Shown here piece by piece: positions 37,141 to 45,960 of a stretch of DNA of 64,000 nt. Position 1 is the first letter of the stretch. Each line of letters begins with the position of its first letter. Source of the stretch: Chitinophagales bacterium (GTDB taxonomy: Bacteria; Bacteroidota; Bacteroidia; Chitinophagales; LD1); assembly GCA_044225825.1 (NCBI GenBank), contig JBGAIB010000005.1, positions 139,967 to 203,966 of the forward strand. The letters are read 5' to 3'. Below the pieces are notes generated by a model. That model saw nothing but the letters and a program-made list of their open reading frames with translations. It had not been told where the DNA came from and searched no databases. Position numbers and translations under genes: made by a program.

Positions 37141-37212
37141 ACTATTGAATTTAAGACAACAATTACCTCACTTAGCGAACGACAAACTACAAACAACGAA
37201 CTACAAACGATT

Positions 37213-38940
37213 TTACACCGAGATAGAACCCTTTCTAAAATCAGTTTTGCCAATGATGGCATTGATGATATACGGAATGCCCTTGCGGCTAAACTCCTTG
37301 GCTTCCACCACGGCAGCGTTAAAGGCATCCTGACTTTCAACGCGTACGCCATCGGCGCCAAAGGCTTTGCCTATGGTTTGATAATCGCTGTAGGCTAAAC
37401 ACATGGCGCAATCACTTTTCAGAAAGTCCACCTGATCGCGGGCGATCTGGCTCCAGCAGGCATCGTTACCGATAACAGAGATGACCGGGAGTTTATGACG
37501 CACAAACGTATCGTACTCCATCAAGCTGTAACCGGCACTGCCATCGCCGTAAATTATGTATACATCCTTTTCGGGGAACACGAGTTTGGCACCCAGCGCA
37601 AAGCCGGCACCTACACCAAGTGTACCAAATACACCGGGATCGAGCCAGCTTAGTGGTGAACGTGGTTTTAAGGTATAAGCTGAAGTAGCTACGAAATCGC
37701 CACCGTCGGCTACCAGAATGGTATTGTCGTCTAACAGCGGGTCCATTTCGCGGAACAACTTGATAGGATTGATGCCCTGCACCGGAGCGGCTGCCTGTTC
37801 GTTGATGTTGGCTTCGCGTTTAGCATCGCGGGCACGAAGGGTTTCAATCCAACTGCCGTAGTTACCCTGGTATTTGCCAGCAAGTGCAATCAGAAACTCC
37901 TGTGGGTCGGCAAGGATACCTACGGTTGGGGTTTTGTTTTTGTTCAGGTCCTCGCGGCTGCGGTTAATGGAGATAAACGGACGACCGCCGATGTGATTTC
38001 CGTAATCGAGACGGAAGTCGTTAGGCACACCTGCCAGGATAATCAGGTCGGCTTCTTTAATGGCCTCCTTGCGATGGTGGCGCATTTGCAGGTTGTTTTC
38101 TTTACCCAGCAAACCGCGGCCCATACCGCTTAAGTAAACCGGTATACCAAGTTTGGTTACTGCTGCTGCCAGTTCGTTTGCTTTGCGGGCATTCATCATA
38201 GCGCCGCTGCCTATGAGCATAATAGGCTTCTTCGCTTTGTTTAAACGACCGATTACTTTATCGATTTGGCTGCTGCTATGCTTAGGGTAGCTAAAGCTTT
38301 TTACAGGCGTATCCAATTTAACGGAGTCCTTACCGGCAAACAGATTTTTAGCATGGTAGTTTATATACCACTGCACGATGCGCTCCTGCAGATTACGCGG
38401 AGGTACATCTTTGCTTTTTGCACCATACCAACTACGCACCAGTTCTTCACCATAGAGAGTATCAATCGGGCACTCGATAAAAACCGGGCCGGGAACCCCT
38501 TCCTGAGCAATGCGAAAAGCTTCATCCAGCATCGGCACTATCTCTTTTACTTTGCTGATGGTGGTGCTCCATTTGCACACGGCTTTCATGATGCTTAGCT
38601 GGTCGATATCCTGTAAGGAACCGCGGCCTTTGAGAATAGTAGCGGCCGCACCACCCAATAATATAAGCGGCGACTGTGCCAGTGCCGCATTCTTAACAGC
38701 GGTAATAGTATTGGTTAAACCCGGACCAGCGGTAACTACCGCGCAACCCGGCACCCCCGTAAGGCGCGACACAGCATCGGCAGCAAATACAGCATTAACC
38801 TCGTGACGGGTATCAATTACCCGAATGCCGATGTTTTGCGCCGAAACAAATATGGGCGACACGTGGCCACCGCAAAGCGTAAACAAAAACTTAACGCCGT
38901 GCTTTTGCAGGCTGCGTGCAATAATTTCTCCTCCGTTCAT
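37213..38940 (-). CDS. thiamine-diphosphate-dependent enzyme, ILVBL/HACL2-like (acetolactate synthase-like, possible 2-hydroxyacyl-CoA lyase)
   Basis: TPP enzyme N-domain (TLCGGHVSPIF, VTAGPGLTN) and C-terminal ThDP motif (GDGSAGYS...IGNDACW). Confidence 0.8.
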   Translation of the reverse strand: MNGGEIIARSLQKHGVKFLFTLCGGHVSPIFVSAQNIGIRVIDTRHEVNAVFAADAVSRLTGVPGCAVVTAGPGLTNTITAVKNAALAQSPLILLGGAAATILKGRGSLQDIDQLSIMKAVCKWSTTISKVKEIVPMLDEAFRIAQEGVPGPVFIECPIDTLYGEELVRSWYGAKSKDVPPRNLQERIVQWYINYHAKNLFAGKDSVKLDTPVKSFSYPKHSSSQIDKVIGRLNKAKKPIMLIGSGAMMNARKANELAAAVTKLGIPVYLSGMGRGLLGKENNLQMRHHRKEAIKEADLIILAGVPNDFRLDYGNHIGGRPFISINRSREDLNKNKTPTVGILADPQEFLIALAGKYQGNYGSWIETLRARDAKREANINEQAAAPVQGINPIKLFREMDPLLDDNTILVADGGDFVATSAYTLKPRSPLSWLDPGVFGTLGVGAGFALGAKLVFPEKDVYIIYGDGSAGYSLMEYDTFVRHKLPVISVIGNDACWSQIARDQVDFLKSDCAMCLAYSDYQTIGKAFGADGVRVESQDAFNAAVVEAKEFSRKGIPYIINAIIGKTDFRKGSISV

Positions 38941-39066
38941 TCCTGTAGTGTTAGGGTGTGTGAATAGAACGTGAATATACTATTGGCGGCGATAATTGCT
39001 AAAAACGAGACGGGTTTTACCCGTAGAATTAATGTGCTGTTCATATGTTTTTACTTCCTTCGTTTT

Positions 39067-39852
39067 ATGAAGTTTTTTGCCCTGTTGCTTTTTTGCCTGG
39101 GATGCCTGTTGGGCATTGCCCAGCCAACTGTTTTGTTACACGGGCATGCCCACAACGATTATGCCCATAAACGGCCACTGCTGGATGCCCTTGAGTGCGG
39201 TTTTGGCAGTGTAGAAGCGGACGTATATTTATACAACGGGCAGTTAAAAGTGGCTCACCTGCCATTAGGCTTGCAAGGCAAGAAAACGCTGGACGAACTC
39301 TACCTGCATCCGCTGGATTCGATTATTAAACTGCATGGGGGCAACGTTTACAAAGGTGATGCTACCCCCCTGATTTTAATGATAGACTTTAAAGATGCAG
39401 GCCCGCTGCTTTACCCGGTGCTGCAAGAGGCTTTAAAACCCTACCATCAGTGGCTTACCCTTTATAAGAACGATTCGATTGTACGGAAGGGGGCGGTGCA
39501 GCTTCTTATTTCAGGCAGTCGGCCAGTTTTAGCGGACGACACCTGCTATGTTACGCTGGACGAAGACCTGGGTGCCCTTGGCAACCCCAAAAGCTATGCC
39601 CATGCCACACGCTTTAGCAGTGGCTGGGGCCGCTACTTTAGCTGGAACGGCAAAAAGGACATGCCCATTGCCCAAAAGCTGGTGCTGGATAGCCTGGTAC
39701 AAAGGGTTCATGCACTGCATAAACAGATAAGGTTTTACCACATACCGGATAAGGAGAATGCCTGGAAGACCCTCTTAAATGCCGGGGTGGACTGGATTAA
39801 TACCGATCGACTGAAAATTTTTAAACGGTATTATCAGAACCGCGGAAATTAA
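39067..39852 (+). CDS. PI-PLC X-domain-like / glycerophosphodiester phosphodiesterase-like secreted protein (AIM6-like)
   Basis: ATG at 39067 (MKFFALLLFCLGCLLGIAQ). HGHAHNDYAHKRPLLDAL...GSVEADVY motif. Confidence 0.6.
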   Translation: MKFFALLLFCLGCLLGIAQPTVLLHGHAHNDYAHKRPLLDALECGFGSVEADVYLYNGQLKVAHLPLGLQGKKTLDELYLHPLDSIIKLHGGNVYKGDATPLILMIDFKDAGPLLYPVLQEALKPYHQWLTLYKNDSIVRKGAVQLLISGSRPVLADDTCYVTLDEDLGALGNPKSYAHATRFSSGWGRYFSWNGKKDMPIAQKLVLDSLVQRVHALHKQIRFYHIPDKENAWKTLLNAGVDWINTDRLKIFKRYYQNRGN

Positions 39853-39900
39853 GCCCTACCTCCACTTAGCTGCGCGCTAAACCCGTAGCCCGGAAGCGCA

Positions 39901-39966
39901 GGCCATTTGTGCACATTTGTGCACTTGATTTTGAAGTGCACAAATTCAGAAAAAATTAATGTGAGG
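39901..39966 (+). repeat. R2 element, copy 2
   Basis: Same 66-nt element as 8706-8771, in the same orientation. Perfect ATTTGTGCAC-N11-GTGCACAAAT at 39915-39945 plus a direct half-site at 39905-39914. Confidence 0.85.
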
Positions 39967-40240
39967 CAAAAGCATGCCTTTTAACACAAAAACGCAGCAC
40001 TGCGTTAGTTTTTGTGCCAACGTGTATTGCTAAACTACAAGATGAATGAACTATGCCCATAACAGTACACGAATTATAAACGCCCTGCCAATACTTTACG
40101 CTCGCCAGTATTTTTACGCCCGGCACTATTACCGGATAAAAATGGCTTGGGTAAGGAAAGACCCTACACCTCTACAAAGATAATATTTTTTGAAACAAAA
40201 ATCCCAATATAATTTGTTAATTATAAAAAGACCGCAGCCA

Positions 40241-40681
40241 CTATTGCGCCGAAGCGGGCTTGCTGCGTTTTACGCTGTAAACCCCACGTCCTTCGGCAAT
40301 GAGGTTATCGGGACTATCGTGATAGGCAATCATACGGGTGAAAATGACCCGGCTACCGCTTTTTACAATAGTACCTTCGGTAATGATATCGCGGGGCTGG
40401 CCGGGGGCCAGGTAATCGACCCGGAGATCAATTGTAGAGAGTTTATCCTCGTAATGCTTAAGGGTAGTTATGCCGGCTGCACCACCCACTGCATCCATAG
40501 CGGTGGCAATTACGCCGCCGTGGATACTGCCCCGGCGGGCATCGCCGATAAGTTCGGGTTTATAGGGTATCAGCAGCGAAACAAAGTTTTCGCGCACTTC
40601 TATCAGCTTAAAGCCAATAACCTTGTGAAAGGGAATAAATTCTTCAATAATACTCTTGAACAGTTCATGTGGAGCTTCCAT
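40241..40681 (-). CDS. PaaI-family hot-dog thioesterase
   Basis: IHGGVIATAMDAVGGAAG motif and hot-dog fold length (146 aa). Confidence 0.85.
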   Translation of the reverse strand: MEAPHELFKSIIEEFIPFHKVIGFKLIEVRENFVSLLIPYKPELIGDARRGSIHGGVIATAMDAVGGAAGITTLKHYEDKLSTIDLRVDYLAPGQPRDIITEGTIVKSGSRVIFTRMIAYHDSPDNLIAEGRGVYSVKRSKPASAQ

Positions 40682-40789
40682 GGCAGCAAAGGTAGCGGAG
40701 CGCCGGGATTTTCATCACAGTACTTTGACAATAATATGACAGTGTCATCCTTTCGATTGGGTAACTTTACGGCTCAAAACCACTTCATT

Positions 40790-42445
40790 ATGAAACACAA
40801 CTACCTTAAAAAACTGACTAGCGCTGTGCTTTGCCTGGCATTTACGTATGCATTACAAGCACAATATGCCCAACACTTAAGTGCTAACAATGTAGATGCC
40901 ACCATTGGCGTAGGGGGTAATTTATTCAGCGTACTGATTGATTCGTTTGACGTGAATAACCCGCAAAATACCGACCAGGGTGTAGAAGCCCCGAAGGGCT
41001 CAGGTATTTTCCCTCTGTTTACTTCTACCCTGTGGGTTAGTGCACTGGACGCCTCGAATGCCCCGCATTGCGCCCTGCAACGGTATAAATTGCATGGAGG
41101 CGATTACAGCGATGGTCCGATTGCCAGCACGTATGATGCAGCCTATGATAATTATTATAAGCGGGTGTTTAAGGTAACCCGTCAGCAGATAACACAGCAT
41201 ATTAACCGTACGTTTCCGGTATTAATGCAGAGCGTTGATACCAACCTGCTGAAATGGCCGGCTAAAGGCAATGCCTGGGTACAAACCACCTATGGTGTTA
41301 CCATCAGCGATAACCTGGCCCACTTTGTAGATGTAAACAGCAATGGCATTTACGACCCGTGGAACGGTGATTTCCCTGCCTTATGCAGCGATGAAGGCGT
41401 GTTTTTTGTTGTGAATGATGTTCGTAAGGCGCATAACGAATCCGGTTCTACACCATTGGGCATAGAAATACGCGGCATGGCAGAAGTGAGCTACGACTTC
41501 AATACCTCCTTAAGCAAGGGTGCGATCAACAACACAGTTTTTGTAAACTATGAGATTGAGAATAAATCGGGGGGAGCATACCACGATTTATATATAGGCG
41601 AATTTCAGGATCCGGACTTAGGCTGCTTTTCTAACGACCGTGTTGGTTGTGACATCGGCCGCAATTTAATGTATGCCTATAATGGCAACAATCCAGATGC
41701 AGATTGCAATGGCGTACTTGGTTATGGCGCTTATAAAGCAGCCTGGGGAACCCGATTGTTAAACTACGATATGTCGGCCTTCGGTTATTTTACCAATGGA
41801 GCACCGCCGGCAGAGGCGGACCCAAGCGATTGCACCGGCTTACGCAATTACCTGCAGGGGAAATGGAATGATGGTACCGCCTTTACCGAAGGAGGAACAG
41901 GTTATGGAGGCAGCACAGCTACTAAATTCCTGTTTCCCGGTAATCCGTCGGATACCAATACCTGGAGCGAAATGAACTCGCCACTGGCACCCGGCGACCG
42001 GAGAATGTACGGAGCGATTGGCCCACTGCAAATAGCTGATGGAGTTTCGGTAGTGTTGGACATGGCCTTCTTTTTATCTTATGACTCCACCGCCACTAAT
42101 CTTTCCATAGTTGACACGCTGAAAAGAGATGCTGACCTGATTCAGTCCTATTTCAATCAGGGAATAGTTGCCTGCCGAAATGGTCAAATAGGATTAGGAA
42201 TAGGTGAAAATGAAACTGTTCAGGCACAACTTTTCCCTAACCCCAGCAATGGCACCTTTAGTGTAAGGTGTGAAAAAAATATCGAACAACTGCAGCTTAC
42301 CGATTTAACCGGCCGCCTGCTTTTTGAAAGTAAACCAATGACAAAATCCATAACTTTACATGAACCAAATTTGCCGAAAGGCGTATATCTGGTTCATGTA
42401 TTTACAGCGGAGGGAGGCACAGTGAAGAAACTGACCATTAACTAA
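40790..42445 (+). CDS. secreted hypothetical protein with T9SS C-terminal sorting domain
   Basis: ATG at 40790 gives signal peptide MKHNYLKKLTSAVLCLAFTYALQAQ. C-terminus LFPNPSNGTFSV...VKKLTIN is a type A CTD. The ORF part upstream of 40790 is antisense to the thioesterase gene. Confidence 0.75.
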   Translation: MKHNYLKKLTSAVLCLAFTYALQAQYAQHLSANNVDATIGVGGNLFSVLIDSFDVNNPQNTDQGVEAPKGSGIFPLFTSTLWVSALDASNAPHCALQRYKLHGGDYSDGPIASTYDAAYDNYYKRVFKVTRQQITQHINRTFPVLMQSVDTNLLKWPAKGNAWVQTTYGVTISDNLAHFVDVNSNGIYDPWNGDFPALCSDEGVFFVVNDVRKAHNESGSTPLGIEIRGMAEVSYDFNTSLSKGAINNTVFVNYEIENKSGGAYHDLYIGEFQDPDLGCFSNDRVGCDIGRNLMYAYNGNNPDADCNGVLGYGAYKAAWGTRLLNYDMSAFGYFTNGAPPAEADPSDCTGLRNYLQGKWNDGTAFTEGGTGYGGSTATKFLFPGNPSDTNTWSEMNSPLAPGDRRMYGAIGPLQIADGVSVVLDMAFFLSYDSTATNLSIVDTLKRDADLIQSYFNQGIVACRNGQIGLGIGENETVQAQLFPNPSNGTFSVRCEKNIEQLQLTDLTGRLLFESKPMTKSITLHEPNLPKGVYLVHVFTAEGGTVKKLTIN

Positions 42446-42467
42446 TGGCCTCCGCAAATATGGTGAG

Positions 42468-42503
42468 GGCGGACAGGTAACAACCTGCTCCGCCTTCTTT
42501 TTT
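42468..42503 (+). terminator. rho-independent terminator after 40790-42445
   Basis: GGCGGACAGG-taacaa-CCTG(c)TCCGCC (one bulge) followed by TTCTTTTTT. Confidence 0.7.
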
Positions 42504-42531
42504 ATTATCATTGCCTCCTGAAATTAAAACA

Positions 42532-43680
42532 ATGGAACGTAGCATTTACAACGACGAGCATAAGCTGTTTGCACAAAGCGTGCGCGATTTTGTGGCCAAG
42601 GAAATAGTGCCCAATAATGCCAAGTGGGAAAAGGACCATATGGTGAGCCGCGAAAGCTGGCTGAAATTCGGGGAGGCCGGATTTTTATGTATGCAGGTGG
42701 ATGAACAATACGGAGGTTTGGGCATTAAAGATTTTAGATACAATGCCATAATAACCGAAGAGTTAGCCCGCACCGGTTGTGCAGGCCCTGCTGTAGGTTA
42801 CCCTTTGCACTCGGATATTGTATGCCCTTATATTGAACATTACGGCACCGAAGCGGTGAAACAAAAATGGCTGCCTAAAATGGTAAGCGGCGAAGCCATT
42901 GCCGCCATAGCCATGACAGAACCCGGAGCCGGAAGCGACCTGCAGGGGATGCGCGCCACTGCCGTTGACAAAGGAGATTACTACCTTGTAAATGGTTCAA
43001 AAACCTTTATCACCAACGGTTACCTGAGCGATGTGGTTGTTGTAGCTGTTAAAACCGACCCTACAAAGGGCGCTAAGGGCATTTCGTTATTAGTAATGGA
43101 TACTACTGCTAAGGGATTCAGCAAAGGCAAGCCGTTTGAGAAAATTGGTTTACATGCCCAGGATACCTGCGAATTGTTTTTTGAAAATGTAGAAGTGCCT
43201 AAGGAAAACCTGCTTGGCAAGGAAGGTGAAGGCTTTAAATACCTGATGACCGAATTGAGTCAGGAACGCGTTGTAGTTGCTCTTGCAGCCATAGCTGCTG
43301 CGGAAGGTGCCCTGGAAAAAACGGTGCAATACACCAAAGAACGCATGGCATTCAGCAAACCGATTTCGGAGTTTCAGAACACGCGTTACAAACTGGCTGA
43401 AATGGCTACCGAACTTACCGTAGGCCGTACGTTTGCCGATAAGTGCGTGGAACTGCACTGCGAAAAGAAACTGGACCAGGCTACCGCCAGTATGGCTAAA
43501 TACTGGTTAACCGACCTGCAAAGCAAAGTGGCTGACGAGTGCTTACAACTGCACGGTGGTTATGGTTATATCTGGGAATATCACGTTGCCCGCGCCTGGG
43601 CCGATGCCCGTGTGCAGCGCATTTACGCCGGTACCAACGAAATTATGAAAGAACTGATTGCACGCAGTGTGCTGAAGTAA
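42532..43680 (+). CDS. acyl-CoA dehydrogenase
   Basis: ATG at 42532 (MERSIYNDEHK). ACAD motifs AMTEPGAGSD, GSKTFITNG, QLHGGYGY, RIYAGTNEI. Confidence 0.9.
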   Translation: MERSIYNDEHKLFAQSVRDFVAKEIVPNNAKWEKDHMVSRESWLKFGEAGFLCMQVDEQYGGLGIKDFRYNAIITEELARTGCAGPAVGYPLHSDIVCPYIEHYGTEAVKQKWLPKMVSGEAIAAIAMTEPGAGSDLQGMRATAVDKGDYYLVNGSKTFITNGYLSDVVVVAVKTDPTKGAKGISLLVMDTTAKGFSKGKPFEKIGLHAQDTCELFFENVEVPKENLLGKEGEGFKYLMTELSQERVVVALAAIAAAEGALEKTVQYTKERMAFSKPISEFQNTRYKLAEMATELTVGRTFADKCVELHCEKKLDQATASMAKYWLTDLQSKVADECLQLHGGYGYIWEYHVARAWADARVQRIYAGTNEIMKELIARSVLK

Positions 43681-43788
43681 ACGCCAAGTGTTGCGCATCC
43701 CACTAACTCCCTAAAGGGAGAACCGCAACCCAAGCCATGCAGAATTGAATTCAGATAGCAGGCCGGTAAGTGCTGGTAATATTTAAAG

Positions 43789-43816
43789 GCCCCTTTTACG
43801 AGGGGCTTTTTGTTTG
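43789..43816 (+). terminator. rho-independent terminator after the acyl-CoA dehydrogenase gene
   Basis: GCCCCT-tttacg-AGGGGC followed by TTTTTGTTTG. Confidence 0.7.
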
Positions 43817-43874
43817 CGCCGATGGCGAAAAATCCGCTTGCATTTATTCGTTTTGAATAACCGTGCCAGCAGCC

Positions 43875-43901
43875 TTGCTGTATAGTTTTTACTTACCTTT
43901 G
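43875..43901 (+). promoter_or_regulatory. candidate Bacteroidota sigma-A promoter (-33 TTG / -7 TAnnTTTG)
   Basis: TACCTTTG at 43894-43901 matches the published -7 consensus TAnnTTTG. TTG lies 16 nt upstream. The motif is 20 nt before the ATG at 43921. Confidence 0.3.
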
Positions 43902-43920
43902 AAAAATATTTCCTACGCGC

Positions 43921-45861
43921 ATGAAGCAACTTTTTTACCTGTTAACCCTGCTGTTTTTCTTTAACACCCTGCAAGCCTCTACGGGTGATACGATCCGGGT
44001 GCTGACACACGATACCGTACTCATTCAAACTGACCCTGGAGGCAGCGGCCATACGGAGTATGCGCGTTGGGGGGTATTTCCCGGTAACGCTACCAAGTAC
44101 AGCAAGGTATTGCTGCGTATGCAGTTTGCCTGCCCCAATGTTACAGGACTTACCTGCGGCGAATGGGACTACCTGAACTGGATATATGTGCGCCGCACAG
44201 GCAGCCAGGCCGATACTTCGAAGAATGTATCGATAGCAACCTTTATTACTCCTTATGGCCACTTTTGGCCCAAGAACTGGAATTTTGAATGGATGATGGA
44301 TGTAACCGATTATGCGTTGCTGTTGCACGACTCAGTTGAAATTGAATATGACCATACCGGCTTTGAAGCCAGTAACGACCGCGGCTGGCGCGTAACACTG
44401 GAGTTTATCTGTATTGAAGGAACGCCGGCGCTGGAGCCTGTAAAAATTGAGAACGTTTACAATGGTTCAGCCGGTTATGGCGGTACCCCCAGCATAGATG
44501 AAACGTTTTTAACCGAGCGCACCATTACCGCAGCGCCCGATGCAGCAGTGCTGCGTTTCCGTTTAAACCAAACAGGCCACGGATCGGATGCGAATTACTG
44601 CAGCGAGTTTTGCAATATGAGCCGCACCATTTACTGGGACAGCAATTTTGTTGACCAAAGTGAAGTATGGCGCCCCTGCGGGTTTAATCCGCTTTATCCG
44701 CAATACGGCACCTGGCTGCTGGACCGCGCCAACTGGTGCCCCGGTGCGCCTGTAAAACCGGCTATACATGACTGGACGGTAGAACCCGGCACTACCCATA
44801 AATTAAATGTGGACATGGAAGCTTACACCAGCAGCGGCGGCGCCAATTACATGTTTACCAGCCAGGTTATACATTTTAAAGCCAACAACTTTGCCAACGA
44901 TATTGAGTTGTATGACATATTAACGCCGAATGATAAAGATGAATCGGGCAGAATTAGCCCGGTATGTGATAACCCCAAGGTGGTTATAAAAAACAATGGC
45001 AGTAACACACTTACTAAATGTGAAATTAAATACGGGCTGGACGGTGATAACGTGTACACCTATTTCTGGAGCGGCAACTTAAAAAGCGGTGAAACCCGGG
45101 AGGTAGATTTACCGGCTATGTTCTACCGTTTGAATCCTCCCACCAACACGTTTATGGCATGGGTAGATTATCCTAATGGCGGCACGGATGAATACCACTG
45201 GAACGATACCTCGCGCACGTATGCGGCGGCTCCTCCCCTGATTGACTCCAACTTTATTGCCATTATTAAAACCAATCAGAATTCGACCGAAACAAGCTGG
45301 AAGATACGCGACAGCAATGGAAATGTGGTTGACAGCAACGATGCCTCGGGCTACCAGCCAGCAACCGTTTACCGCGATACCGTACATCTTACCGCAGGCT
45401 GCTACGAATTAACCTTGACAGACGCCGGCGGCGATGGACTGGATTTTAACTGGGCTAACGGACAAGGCGTAGGATTTTTTAAACTGGTAAAACTGAACAA
45501 CACAGCTATTAAAACCTTTACCGCCGATTTTGGCACTCAGCACATTTACCAGTTTATGGTAGGCACGCCAGAGGTAGACCAACCCACAGCTGTAAACGAA
45601 GTGCCTGCGGAGCCTTTCTTTGAAGTTTATCCCAACCCAACGGCTCATCTGCTGAATGTAGATGTGGCCCTTGCAGGGACCGAAGATGTGCGGATAGAAG
45701 TTACAAACCTGAATGGCCAGCAAATTGCGGCTAAACAATACAACAACTTTAGCAACAACATTGTGCAGTTTGATTTTAGCGGACAACCCCAGGGCATGTA
45801 TTTTGTGAGCCTGCAAACGGCTACGCACAAGCTGGTGAAGAAAGTGATCATAGCCCGTTAA
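43921..45861 (+). CDS. peptide-N-glycosidase F-related protein with T9SS C-terminal sorting domain
   Basis: Segments align by eye with Elizabethkingia PNGase F (CPNVTGLTCGEWDY vs CPNKTCDEWDR; ITPYG; DVTDY; CSEFC vs CAEWC; DRANWCPGAPV vs DRAGWCPGMAV). C-terminus VYPNPTAHLLNV...VIIAR is a type A CTD. Confidence 0.75.
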   Translation: MKQLFYLLTLLFFFNTLQASTGDTIRVLTHDTVLIQTDPGGSGHTEYARWGVFPGNATKYSKVLLRMQFACPNVTGLTCGEWDYLNWIYVRRTGSQADTSKNVSIATFITPYGHFWPKNWNFEWMMDVTDYALLLHDSVEIEYDHTGFEASNDRGWRVTLEFICIEGTPALEPVKIENVYNGSAGYGGTPSIDETFLTERTITAAPDAAVLRFRLNQTGHGSDANYCSEFCNMSRTIYWDSNFVDQSEVWRPCGFNPLYPQYGTWLLDRANWCPGAPVKPAIHDWTVEPGTTHKLNVDMEAYTSSGGANYMFTSQVIHFKANNFANDIELYDILTPNDKDESGRISPVCDNPKVVIKNNGSNTLTKCEIKYGLDGDNVYTYFWSGNLKSGETREVDLPAMFYRLNPPTNTFMAWVDYPNGGTDEYHWNDTSRTYAAAPPLIDSNFIAIIKTNQNSTETSWKIRDSNGNVVDSNDASGYQPATVYRDTVHLTAGCYELTLTDAGGDGLDFNWANGQGVGFFKLVKLNNTAIKTFTADFGTQHIYQFMVGTPEVDQPTAVNEVPAEPFFEVYPNPTAHLLNVDVALAGTEDVRIEVTNLNGQQIAAKQYNNFSNNIVQFDFSGQPQGMYFVSLQTATHKLVKKVIIAR

Positions 45862-45915
45862 ACATGCGGCGAAAATTACGTCTGTTATCATTTAAGAAAA
45901 TCATTTAAAAATAAT

Positions 45916-45953
45916 ATCGCCACTGCGTTAAATGCCGGTGGCGATTTTACTTT
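45916..45953 (+). terminator. possible terminator after 43921-45861
   Basis: ATCGCCAC-N14-GTGGCGAT followed by TTTACTTT. The loop is long, so this call is weaker. Confidence 0.4.
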
Positions 45954-45960
45954 CGCGGCT

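Noticed and set aside
8706-39966. The two same-orientation R2 copies as att-like direct repeats bounding a 31-kb genomic island.
   Set aside because: No integrase, transposase, tRNA target or conjugation/phage gene lies between them. The interval holds ordinary chromosomal genes in mixed orientation. The copies are only 85 percent identical, unlike fresh att duplications.
40190-40789. The first 200 codons of the 751-aa ORF 40190-42445, which would make a much larger protein.
   Set aside because: This part runs exactly antisense to a well-supported PaaI thioesterase gene and has no signal peptide. A Met at 40790 is followed by a typical signal peptide, so the open frame upstream is best explained as an antisense shadow ORF.
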